A stretch of 64,000 bases of DNA from an uncultured Candidatus Saccharibacteria bacterium (GCA_964413715.1 CAYPSN010000002.1:850-64849); one strand, 5' to 3'; positions 57,138-64,000 are shown, counted from the first letter of the stretch. A program made the numbers and translations. The notes: generated by a model from the sequence alone, not told the origin.

Positions 57138-57166
57138 TTTACAGGTAAGCAGAATTACGCTATAAT
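57138..57166 (+). promoter_or_regulatory. sigma70 promoter of rpsT
   Basis: TTTACA-17 nt-TATAAT. Confidence 0.55.
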
Positions 57167-57203
57167 AAGCGCTGTTTTAATTCACTTTTAAGAAAGAGAT
57201 TCA

Positions 57204-57611
57204 ATGCCAATTATTAAATCAGCCATCAAACGAGTTCGTCAGCAAAAAGTTCGACGTGCTCGCAACGTGGCCACCAAAACTGAAGTCCGTAAGCAGATTA
57301 AGACGTTTCGTGCCGATGTAGTCGCAGCCGACCTGAAAAAGGCTCAAAGCGACTTAGTCGACGCAATCTCGAAGCTTGACCGAGCTGTAAAGCGTGGCGT
57401 AATGCACAAAAACACTGCTGCCCGCAAAAAAAGCCAACTCACACGCGAATACAACGCCGTAGCTGCCAAGCCATATGGCACCGAAAACCCTGGCTCCGCT
57501 AAGCCAAAGGCTGTCAAACCAGCAGCTAAGAAAGCAGCACCTGCAGCCAAGAAGACTCCGGCCAAAAAAGCTGCTCCAAAAGCAGCGGCCAAAAAGCCTG
57601 CTAGCAAGTAA
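57204..57611 (+). CDS. rpsT: 30S ribosomal protein S20 with Lys/Ala/Pro-rich C-terminal extension
   Basis: MPIIKSAIKRVRQQKVRRARN...; C-terminal tail AKPKAVKPAAKKAAPAAKKTPAKKAAPKAAAKKPASK. Confidence 0.85.
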   Translation: MPIIKSAIKRVRQQKVRRARNVATKTEVRKQIKTFRADVVAADLKKAQSDLVDAISKLDRAVKRGVMHKNTAARKKSQLTREYNAVAAKPYGTENPGSAKPKAVKPAAKKAAPAAKKTPAKKAAPKAAAKKPASK

Positions 57612-57623
57612 TATTTGCTAGGC

Positions 57624-57665
57624 TCTAATCTAAAAACCCCTCGAATGAGGGGTTTTTAGATTAGA
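57624..57665. terminator. bidirectional intrinsic terminator
   Basis: CTAATCTAAAAACCCCTC-GAAT-GAGGGGTTTTTAGATTAG. Confidence 0.7.
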
Positions 57666-58239
57666 AAGCCGGGTCAGCGGTCTCTACGCCTTCCGGCATA
57701 TCCCGCCACGCCACAGGAATTACACATACGGGCTCTATATCCGCATAAGAACGCCATTCGTCACCCCTATGGTGTTCAAAATTTGCCGCATCAAAAACAT
57801 ACACATAGCCCGGCTCCTCCGCATGCCTTGCTGAATCAAGCATGTCGGCAGTGGCATAGAATCGCCATCGGTCGGCAGATCCTCCCCAGCCACTATGACT
57901 ACCTTTGCCTGCAGCACCATGCCCCCTTAATACACCCATAAATATTGCGGGGTCAATGCTCCGAGCCGCACAAACTGCTGGCTCTCCATCTGGAATATTT
58001 TCGCCAGTCTTAGGGTTAAATTGCATTTGCTGTCTTGGTTCGAGATGCGCCAGCTTTCTATCGGTACCATGAAAAACATAATCGCCATTCCTAGCAAGCC
58101 ACTCTAGTGCCTCGCGTCCAGTAACTACGCCCATTTCCACGGCTTTTTCTGGTCCAAGCGCAGCCAATTGAGCTTCAACTCCTAGAGCTACATTACTATC
58201 GCGCCTGATAGGGCCAGGATGTTCTGGCTTTTCTTTCAT
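57661..58239 (-). CDS. hypothetical protein (192 aa)
   Basis: ATG at 58239 (MKEKPEHPG...); no family recognised. Confidence 0.4.
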   Translation of the reverse strand: MKEKPEHPGPIRRDSNVALGVEAQLAALGPEKAVEMGVVTGREALEWLARNGDYVFHGTDRKLAHLEPRQQMQFNPKTGENIPDGEPAVCAARSIDPAIFMGVLRGHGAAGKGSHSGWGGSADRWRFYATADMLDSARHAEEPGYVYVFDAANFEHHRGDEWRSYADIEPVCVIPVAWRDMPEGVETADPAF

Positions 58240-58249
58240 AAATTCTAAC

Positions 58250-59179
58250 CTACCCTTCCTTCTTGCAGAGTGCAATAATCAGATTCTGCGTGGCGCTACT
58301 GCTATCGAGCATGCCAGTCTTGATACTGTAATCAGCTTCTACGATCAGTGCATATGCCCGACGCAAATCATCCAGCGTCATTTTCATAGCTACTTGCATA
58401 GCTTTTTCGGCAGGGTATGGCTTAATGCCAAATTGCTTAGCCCAACCACTTCCCTGGCCAGCGTTATCGTGTGCCAACACAATATTGCGATACTGCCCCA
58501 CGAGCATTGCGATGATCTGCTGGTCAGCCACCCCCTGCCGTACCAAATTCTTGTATGTCGACATAGCTCGATCCAGGTTTTGCGCCACCACCGCGTCAGT
58601 AAGTTCAAAAATCGTCTGCTCTACATTGGCCACCACTAATTCTTCAATTGCTGTCTGTGTAACGTTTTTATCATAAGCCACCAGCTTTTGAATCTCTTGT
58701 GCCAGCTGCCACTGGTCATTACCAATACGCCTGAGTAAGCTCATGGCAAGTGCGGGCGAAATTGTTCCGCCGTGGCGCTGGGCCTGCTGCACTATCCAAT
58801 CACGCAGTGCCACGTCACTAAGCTGCTTAAATTCCTTCGCCTGCTTCAAGGCAGAGAGTTTCTTAAAGTAACTACTACGCCGATCAACCTTCGGCTCCTC
58901 TATAAGTAGCACCGTACTATCGGCAACAGAAGCCAAAACTTCATCAATCTTTTCTACAGCCTTTTTATTGTCACCCAACCCGCGTAGAATGATGAACCGA
59001 CTACTTGCCAACAGCGGCATTACTGCTAGGGCATCGAGCAAGTTGCCCACCGAATGTTCGGCCATATCGATTACTTCTAAGTTTAAATCCCCATCAGATT
59101 TTTTGGCATAATGGCCCTTTAGCCGCTCCACTTCTTGCCGCATCGCGTAGCTGTTTTCGCCATAAAAGAATAGAATCAT
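58250..59179 (-). CDS. holA: DNA polymerase III subunit delta
   Basis: MILFFYGENSYAMRQEVERL N-terminus and overall architecture; 309 aa. Confidence 0.75.
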   Translation of the reverse strand: MILFFYGENSYAMRQEVERLKGHYAKKSDGDLNLEVIDMAEHSVGNLLDALAVMPLLASSRFIILRGLGDNKKAVEKIDEVLASVADSTVLLIEEPKVDRRSSYFKKLSALKQAKEFKQLSDVALRDWIVQQAQRHGGTISPALAMSLLRRIGNDQWQLAQEIQKLVAYDKNVTQTAIEELVVANVEQTIFELTDAVVAQNLDRAMSTYKNLVRQGVADQQIIAMLVGQYRNIVLAHDNAGQGSGWAKQFGIKPYPAEKAMQVAMKMTLDDLRRAYALIVEADYSIKTGMLDSSSATQNLIIALCKKEG

Positions 59180-59194
59180 ATACCTATTGTACCT

Positions 59195-59259
59195 GAAAAT
59201 AAAAAAGGACCCCGCTGGCCAGCTCGCCTCCCGAAGGATTTGAGCCAGCCAGCCGAGTC
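59195..59259 (-). repeat. 65-bp terminator-like repeat, copy 1
   Basis: GAAAATAAAAAAGGACCCCGCTGGCCAGCTCGCCTCCCGAAGGATTTGAGCCAGCCAGCCGAGTC; identical copy at 59871-59935. Confidence 0.8.
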
Positions 59260-59260
59260 A

Positions 59261-59803
59261 TCACCAGCCGTCGGATCGTTCTCTGTGCTCTTCCCACGTC
59301 GACCTGAGGACACCTAGCAGTTCCTCTACGTCGCTTCTGCACTTTGCATCATCCGTCACTACTGCCCAGCCAAGTTCAGCGCATGAACCATCCTCTATGT
59401 TATCCATCGAATAACAAAGCATGAGGGCATCAACGACAACAGTCTTGTCGTCACCTTGTTGGAACACAACGATATAGAGAGTTCCGCCAGCGAACGTTGG
59501 GCCGCATGCCAGCAAGAGGTCGTTCCGCAGCTCAGCGTCGATAAGCTCATCTTCTACACCAACGAACTCGATGACGCTCCTGAACTGATCATCCCGTGCC
59601 AATCTGACTTGGTGGCAATAGCACGGCCCTCGAGGCCGTACATAGGCTTGTATGAAGTCAGCTAGCAGACCAAGCGCTGCCTGCACCAAATCGCACTTGC
59701 GGCAGGTACCAGTTCCGAGCTCGATGCTCTTGTCCCTCCACTGTTCCACATGCACCCTGCGAGAATGAGGGTGCCACGAAACAGCCAAAACTGACCTGTT
59801 CAA
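59261..59803 (-). CDS. hypothetical Cys-rich protein (~180 aa), high GC
   Basis: TTG at 59803 after AAAGGAAA; GTG starts at 59755 and 59749 are also possible. CRKCDL..CYCH cysteine cluster. Confidence 0.35.
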   Translation of the reverse strand: MNRSVLAVSWHPHSRRVHVEQWRDKSIELGTGTCRKCDLVQAALGLLADFIQAYVRPRGPCYCHQVRLARDDQFRSVIEFVGVEDELIDAELRNDLLLACGPTFAGGTLYIVVFQQGDDKTVVVDALMLCYSMDNIEDGSCAELGWAVVTDDAKCRSDVEELLGVLRSTWEEHRERSDGW

Positions 59804-59870
59804 TTTATTTCCTTTCAAAGGCCTATTGGGCAATGTAAGTATGCTGCTGGGGACCAATAAAATCAAGCGT

Positions 59871-59935
59871 GAAAATAAAAAAGGACCCCGCTGGCCAGCT
59901 CGCCTCCCGAAGGATTTGAGCCAGCCAGCCGAGTC
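59871..59935 (-). repeat. 65-bp terminator-like repeat, copy 2
   Basis: Identical to copy 1; 12 nt downstream (minus strand) of the 65-aa ORF stop. Confidence 0.8.
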
Positions 59936-59947
59936 GGCATGTTCCCC

Positions 59948-60145
59948 TCAGTCGGGGAACGGATTGGTGGAGCCGGCCATCGCCAGGTCCATGGAGCCAC
60001 CACCGCGCGGGCGGCGCTGGGGGGTGAGGACGTCCCAGCCCTCACTCAGCTCCGGATGGTCACGGCAGATCTCGCCGTGGGTCTTGCCCTGGGCTCGCAT
60101 CTCCTCGATGCGAGCCGCCTGCTGTCGTGGGCTCAGATCGCCCAT
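59948..60145 (-). CDS. small hypothetical protein (65 aa), overlaps the 3' end of the 696-aa ORF by 85 nt
   Basis: ATG preceded by GGAGAGGAA. Whether this ORF or the C-terminal tail of the large ORF is real cannot be decided from sequence. Confidence 0.3.
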   Translation of the reverse strand: MGDLSPRQQAARIEEMRAQGKTHGEICRDHPELSEGWDVLTPQRRPRGGGSMDLAMAGSTNPFPD

Positions 60146-62150
60146 GTTGGTTCCTCTCCGCCCGTTCGTGGGCTAGGTAGGTAAGCTTGCGGTCGCAAGC
60201 TCGGTGGGTGTATCGCAAACTACGAACCATCTGTTCGGCCCGTAGTACATCTGGATGCCCTGCATCGCTCCTTTCGTATCCTTCGGACAGATCAACGGCC
60301 TCGTGCCAGTACACCTGCGAGGAGGAGTACTCGAGTAGAAGTCTACCAGGCAATTCCGACCCAGTCCAGCTACGAAGATGATTCACCACTGCCAGCGCAA
60401 CGCTGTAGTCAGGGAGACTCACTTCAATAGCCGGGTCGAGTCTAGCAGGCCTCTCACGAGAGAATTCTTCCCCCAACAACCTCAGCTTTCGCCTTAGCCA
60501 GATTGTTGCCGCAGCAAACATTCTATGACGACGAAACTCATCATCATCAAGAAACAGTCGGGCGAGAGCCTCGATTACCTCGCTCTCATGCTCTTCGGGA
60601 TAGATATCATCCCTAAAGCCAAGAAGCTCGAGAGCAAGCCTCAAATCCTGAAATCGCATCAGGCCCAAGGTCTCCTCAGCAGTTAGTTCACCACTTTCCC
60701 CAGAGAATCCAGAGAGCCTCTCCTCAAAGAACTCTTCGAGTAAGTACAGAGGCTCGAGAGTCTCTGCCAGCCAACTGGGCGATTCGAGATAGTACTCGAA
60801 TTGGACCTGCTCTTGTTCGCGCCGGGTAATAGCATCCGTATCCACCGGAAGTTCGGACATGACCTGCATCATAGTCCTTGCTCCCTCTATGGCAGATCTC
60901 AGATCGTCACTCCACTGGACGGTGGATCGCCTGAGCGCTCCACCGTCATCTGCAACAATCGTAAGCCCAGGCAGAACCTTGGCATACTTTTCAAGCAGAG
61001 CGTGTATGGCTGGTATCCCCCAGTCAGCATCGAGCTCAGCCAACGTGCGCTGATATGGATCGAGATGCCACCAGCTCCCGTCGTTTACCTGCAGCACTAC
61101 TCCGTAGTGAAAATCCATGACTTTCACCTGAGAGCGTTGCAAGAAAGTAAGCTCTTTTGAGGACCAGTCATGGAAAGAGGTGCCTGCACCCCCGAGCTCC
61201 TCGAAGGCCTCATGAACTTCGGTATAGACAGGCAGCTTGTCGGCAACCAATCTATCCACCGCCCACTCGATCTGTGACGCAAGAAGCACCGGAGCACCTG
61301 CGAGGCGAGCAAAAGCTAGTAGTGCAATACTCATTCCAAGACAGTTCGGGGTTTGGGTGCCTTCACCCAACTTGCCGTATTGCCTAGGTAGAACGCCCTC
61401 GGCCGGGTAGTCGTTTTCACCAGAGATGCCTTCGAACCACCCATAGTTCGACCTGAGGTGATGCATATCAACCACATAGTTGGCGATAACTTCGTTACCC
61501 TTCTGAACTTCCTTGGGGTCTTCATCCTCGTCGTTGTTCGCAGGATTGCGTGCGTAATCCAATGCCAATTGCGCCAAATCGGCTTCGTCGGCCTTCTCAA
61601 GGCGCCGAAGATGCCGAATGGCTTCTTCGACTTCTTCCGGATAGTAGGTAACGACAATATCGTCAGTCACCTCTACATGCCAACATGGTCCGGTTCGCCC
61701 CCTGGCTGCCTCAAGTTCTTGGTTAGTTTTCGTAATCCTGTAAGCCTTGAGCAACTCGTCATAAACCGTCTGCAGAGCAGTGCGTTGGTCGGCCAGGCTA
61801 AGGGCTTGCCACATAAGGGCGACATTCCTTACAGTATCCGGCAGGCACTCCGCCGCAGCATCTATGAGGCTTTCGCCAAGATGCTCCAGCACGACAGCAT
61901 CAAACGGATCAATTCCGCCAAACACACCAGCCTGCTTAAGCGCTTGGTCTTCTGGGAGGGCATTGAAAAGCTCACCCATTTCGATGTGGCCTGCCCTGTA
62001 GGCGATTGACTCATCGAATTCACCAAGCTGCAAAAGCGAGTAAAGATCGCGACGCTCACGCGTCTCGGCGACCGAATCACAAACTGCTTGTTCGAACGTA
62101 ATGCCGCAGCCCTTTTCAAAGGCCATAGCAACGAGCTCCATGAACTCCAT
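60060..62150 (-). CDS. large acidic hypothetical protein with central transglutaminase-like (papain-fold Cys-His-Asp) core
   Basis: ATG 5 nt after AGGAGGG. NCLGMSIALLAFARLAGAPVLL (Cys), DFHYGVVLQVNDGSWWHLDPY (His..Asp) in the spacing typical of Transglut_core. Confidence 0.5.
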   Translation of the reverse strand: MEFMELVAMAFEKGCGITFEQAVCDSVAETRERRDLYSLLQLGEFDESIAYRAGHIEMGELFNALPEDQALKQAGVFGGIDPFDAVVLEHLGESLIDAAAECLPDTVRNVALMWQALSLADQRTALQTVYDELLKAYRITKTNQELEAARGRTGPCWHVEVTDDIVVTYYPEEVEEAIRHLRRLEKADEADLAQLALDYARNPANNDEDEDPKEVQKGNEVIANYVVDMHHLRSNYGWFEGISGENDYPAEGVLPRQYGKLGEGTQTPNCLGMSIALLAFARLAGAPVLLASQIEWAVDRLVADKLPVYTEVHEAFEELGGAGTSFHDWSSKELTFLQRSQVKVMDFHYGVVLQVNDGSWWHLDPYQRTLAELDADWGIPAIHALLEKYAKVLPGLTIVADDGGALRRSTVQWSDDLRSAIEGARTMMQVMSELPVDTDAITRREQEQVQFEYYLESPSWLAETLEPLYLLEEFFEERLSGFSGESGELTAEETLGLMRFQDLRLALELLGFRDDIYPEEHESEVIEALARLFLDDDEFRRHRMFAAATIWLRRKLRLLGEEFSRERPARLDPAIEVSLPDYSVALAVVNHLRSWTGSELPGRLLLEYSSSQVYWHEAVDLSEGYERSDAGHPDVLRAEQMVRSLRYTHRACDRKLTYLAHERAERNQHGRSEPTTAGGSHRGDASPGQDPRRDLP

Positions 62151-62194
62151 TTGGCCCTCCTGGGCTATGTCAAAGCTGCCCTAAGGCAGTTGCC

Positions 62195-62207
62195 ACCGAA
62201 TTTCGGT
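62195..62207. promoter_or_regulatory. 6-1-6 palindrome ACCGAAtTTCGGT between promoter and RBS of the 696-aa gene (candidate operator)
   Basis: Perfect inverted half-sites; shares the CCGAA core with the microrepeat array upstream of the RHH gene. Confidence 0.4.
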
Positions 62208-62215
62208 ACCGCCGA

Positions 62216-62244
62216 TTTATACCATTTTTCACCTTAAAATACAA
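62216..62244 (-). promoter_or_regulatory. sigma70-like promoter of the 696-aa gene
   Basis: Minus strand TTGTAT-17 nt-TATAAA. Confidence 0.45.
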
Positions 62245-62253
62245 TCATAAGTG

Positions 62254-62318
62254 CAATAAAAAAGGACTCCGCTGGCCAGCTCGTCATCCCTTGGGAATCA
62301 GAGCCAGCCAGCCGAGTC
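62254..62318 (-). repeat. 65-bp terminator-like repeat, diverged copy 3
   Basis: CAATAAAAAAGGACTCCGCTGGCCAGCTCGTCATCCCTTGGGAATCAGAGCCAGCCAGCCGAGTC. Stem arms conserved; loop changed while keeping an inner mini-hairpin. Confidence 0.8.
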
Positions 62319-62319
62319 G

Positions 62320-62571
62320 TCACATGCGAAGTTCGAGCTCCCTTTCGGTGCCATCAGGCGCCCGAACGACGATGATGCATCCCTCCAGGGCACCACACTC
62401 GACAAGCCATCCAAGCGTCTGGAGGGAAGACCTCAAGACCCAGCTTGTATTCACGCCGAATTTGCCTTTCAGACCTTCGAGAATGGCTTTTTCCTCGCGA
62501 TTCACCCTGACCTGCAACGTCTCTTCACGAGACTGCGTGCCAGACAAACTGAGCACCTGGCGATCTGTCAC
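62320..62571 (-). CDS. ribbon-helix-helix DNA-binding protein (MobC/CopG-like), 83 aa
   Basis: Perfect SD AGGAGG-8 nt-GTG at 62571; LQVRVNREEKAILEGLKGKFGVNTSWVLRSSL matches the RHH beta-strand plus two-helix pattern. Confidence 0.5.
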   Translation of the reverse strand: MTDRQVLSLSGTQSREETLQVRVNREEKAILEGLKGKFGVNTSWVLRSSLQTLGWLVECGALEGCIIVVRAPDGTERELELRM

Positions 62572-62608
62572 AACAACTACCTCCTTATAGGATGCGATGA
62601 GCACTGTG

Positions 62609-62637
62609 AGTATGCAGCTTACTGGGCCAGATTTCAA
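62609..62637 (-). promoter_or_regulatory. sigma70-like promoter of RHH gene
   Basis: Minus strand TTGAAA-17 nt-CATACT. Confidence 0.4.
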
Positions 62638-62680
62638 CCCCTAAAACGAAAAGAGGCCCAGCCGGCCCCGCCCTTCCCCC

Positions 62681-62857
62681 GCCGAAGCGTGGAGTTGGTG
62701 CGGGACCGGCCGAAGCCGTTATGCGGTTGGCATGGCATGCATGCTTCCCCGCGGGATGTCGCTGTCGCTGTGAGCCGAAGGCGGATGGCCGACTGCAGAT
62801 GGCGATGCGATGGAACCGAAGGTCGATGGTCGAAGACCGAAGGCCGAAGGTTCGAAG
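62681..62857. repeat. degenerate microrepeat array (CCGAAGG / CGATGG units, at least 8 copies)
   Basis: Copies at 62681, 62710, 62775, 62815, 62829, 62837, 62844 and 62852, in ~500 bp of visibly GC-rich sequence without a convincing ORF, upstream of the RHH gene. Confidence 0.6.
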
Positions 62858-63267
62858 GCTCCTGTAACCCTGGGCAGGGGGCCGTAAGCACACTCGAGCG
62901 CTCGAGTCAGGAGCTTTACCTGCTCCAACCACGTCCTTGGACACCCGGCTTTCGCCAGGAGGATGTAGCTTGCCTACGTATCAACCTACGTGGTGATCCG
63001 CGGACCGTTCCACTCCACCATTCTGCACACGGCATCAGGCTTTAGGTTAATTCTCGTCTTTCCGAGCTGTCCGCCAGTCTGTCTGGCACATCACCCCTAG
63101 CCGAAGCGTGAGGGCGAACTTGTGATTAATTTTCCACGTGTTGTCCGGCTTTTTATTTTGCGGGACAAAGAATATTATAGCCTACGAAGACTTTTTGTCA
63201 ATATCTATTTGAGCTTCTGGCACTTGGGGCAAATATGTGTGCCGCGGCCAGCCAATCATGACTATTA

Positions 63268-63936
63268 TTAACCTTGTGATTTGTACTGCTCTATTGCCTC
63301 GGATATTCGCACCCTCTCAGGCAATTCCTGATTAAGTTTTGCCATCTCAGAGCCTGGCACTATCGTAAGCTTGATGAGTTCGTCGGCGTCGCCCCCTGTG
63401 GCAATTATTTGATCAATCGTTTCGTCACTCAAGCTATATGTGTCACGTAGAATACCCCTACTCGCCTCCTGAGTTTCTGTCGAAAATAATGCCCCGATCA
63501 CTTCACCCAAGCGAGCTCGAGCTGGATTCGGACCTTGGGGCTCTTTGCCTGTTAATCCTGCTACAATCTCATAAGTAGCCTCTTTACCCGAACTACCAAA
63601 TGGGTCTTTGAGCTCATGAATATCGTCATCTACAGCCCAATCACGAACTCGAGACTCAGGGTATACCGCCAGGGCGTCCGATTCATCAACTACCATTGTG
63701 TCGGGATCAACACCCTGTGGAGTACGACCGTCTGCGTCCATGAGCTGAATAATGTCTTTCGGGTGGGTTATATAAGCCCCTACCTTAAATGCCTTCCCTG
63801 TACCACCTTTAAAAGCCTTTTCTTTCGCATTACGACTCTGCCTTGCGCCACCGCTGGCTTTTTCACGTAGTTCATTATATTCATGCATTAAAGCGCGTGC
63901 GGCCAGGATATTCTGCTTTTGTTCTGCCGTGACCAC
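63268..63936 (-). CDS. hypothetical protein; frame stays open to the window end (start either GTG 63936 or beyond 64000)
   Basis: No in-frame stop between 63936 and 64000; AAGG 10 nt upstream of the GTG; no family recognised. Confidence 0.4.
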   Translation of the reverse strand: MVTAEQKQNILAARALMHEYNELREKASGGARQSRNAKEKAFKGGTGKAFKVGAYITHPKDIIQLMDADGRTPQGVDPDTMVVDESDALAVYPESRVRDWAVDDDIHELKDPFGSSGKEATYEIVAGLTGKEPQGPNPARARLGEVIGALFSTETQEASRGILRDTYSLSDETIDQIIATGGDADELIKLTIVPGSEMAKLNQELPERVRISEAIEQYKSQG

Positions 63937-64000
63937 ATCAGGATACCTTCCGAGTTTCGGGTCAGCCCTGCGTTCGTCTGAGTTCCAGCCCTCTAATAAG

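Noticed and set aside
59826-60184. Plus-strand ORFs (116 aa and 81 aa) overlapping the 65-bp repeat and the 65-aa minus ORF
   Set aside because: They read through the terminator-like element and lack an RBS. In GC-rich DNA, long antisense ORFs are expected by chance.
59195-62318. The 65-bp repeats as integron attC sites (imperfect inverted repeats at cassette 3' ends)
   Set aside because: No RYYYAAC/GTTRRRY core sites and no intI nearby. The stem mismatches resolve to G.U pairs only in the minus-strand RNA, and a U-tract follows. This fits a transcription terminator better than a recombination site. Kept as a finding, but not as attC.
62930-63030. tmRNA-like 3' end (GGAGGATGTAG ... CCACTCCACCA) in the non-coding high-GC region
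   Set aside because: No 5' GGGGCUG...UUUCGAC acceptor/D-like start, no GGUUCGAnUCC T-arm and no tag reading frame ending in LAA-type codons. The resemblance is limited to a short run. RNase P and SRP RNA conserved blocks (GGAAAGUCCGG, AGGUCAGGUCCGGAAGG) are also absent.
62585-63045. ORFs of 119, 118, 85 and 69 aa on both strands in the microrepeat region
   Set aside because: Their sequences are translations of the CCGAAGG/CGATGG repeats (TEGRWSKTEGRRFEG, FGLRSSTIDLRF); no RBS; mutually overlapping in several frames.
1-64000. CRISPR arrays, rRNA genes, integrase or transposase genes at island borders
   Set aside because: No regularly spaced direct-repeat array, no rRNA-like conserved blocks and no tyrosine or serine recombinase other than the chromosomal Xer gene. 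The islands therefore cannot be called classical integrative elements from this window alone.

Overview
This 64-kb window is from a moderate-GC bacterial chromosome (by eye roughly 45-50% GC; no exact computation was possible). Almost all backbone genes are on the minus strand. Backbone content, in order:
- a huge DUF2341-type surface protein gene that runs off the window start (missed by the ORF track);
- nrdR, rplY, and a WecA/TagO-like phosphotransferase followed by a processive GT2 glycosyltransferase;
- tRNA-Thr, tRNA-Gly, tRNA-Asp and tRNA-Arg;
- parvulin PPIase, NUDIX hydrolase, ndk, mnmG and a Xer recombinase;
- a complete monoderm-style type IV pilus locus: pilM-N-O, a small membrane protein, pilB-pilT-pilC, two pilA paralogues, pilD and four translationally coupled minor pilins; a 1013-aa anchored protein sits upstream and there is no PilQ/PilP;
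- ychF, efp, rpsR-ssb-rpsF, recA-recX, yajQ, a RodZ-like protein, ftsK and a tandem pair of ABC half-transporters;
- RNase J, a UDG family-4 glycosylase, pnp-rpsO-truB with a DHH phosphoesterase, rpsT and holA.

Gene content and order are most compatible with a streamlined monoderm genome, possibly CPR/Saccharibacteria-like. That is an inference, not proven.

The notable signal is a set of discrete patches of visibly higher-GC DNA (about 58-63% by eye) inserted into intergenic positions of this backbone:
- next to tRNA-Asp (8.2-10.9 kb);
- next to tRNA-Arg (12.8-15.4 kb);
- between the ABC pair and rnj (48.7-49.1 kb);
- two patches upstream of rpsT (56.5-57.1 kb);
- a roughly 4-kb block at 59.2-63.2 kb.

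Each patch is built from small self-contained expression modules: a sigma70-like promoter, a Shine-Dalgarno site, an ORF and a GC-rich hairpin terminator. The proteins they encode cannot be assigned to housekeeping families: Zn-ribbon, Cys-rich, Pro/Thr-rich secreted and tiny membrane proteins, plus an NYN nuclease coupled to a winged-helix protein.

The 59-63 kb block is the best candidate for an undescribed system. It contains an RHH/MobC-like DNA-binding protein with an upstream CCGAAGG microrepeat array, and a 696-aa protein with a transglutaminase-like Cys-His-Asp core behind a palindromic operator. The modules are separated by three copies of a conserved 65-bp terminator-like element.

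Other oddities:
- a GIY-YIG nuclease gene bounded by perfect 28-bp inverted repeats;
- 45-bp direct repeats flanking an orphan ORF;
- a 68-aa ORF that is essentially only an LPXTG sorting signal;
- a likely leaderless ychF;
- a compact four-gene operon with GTGA/ATGA overlaps ending in a 30-aa peptide that is missing from the ORF track.

No CRISPR array, rRNA, integrase or transposase was seen.
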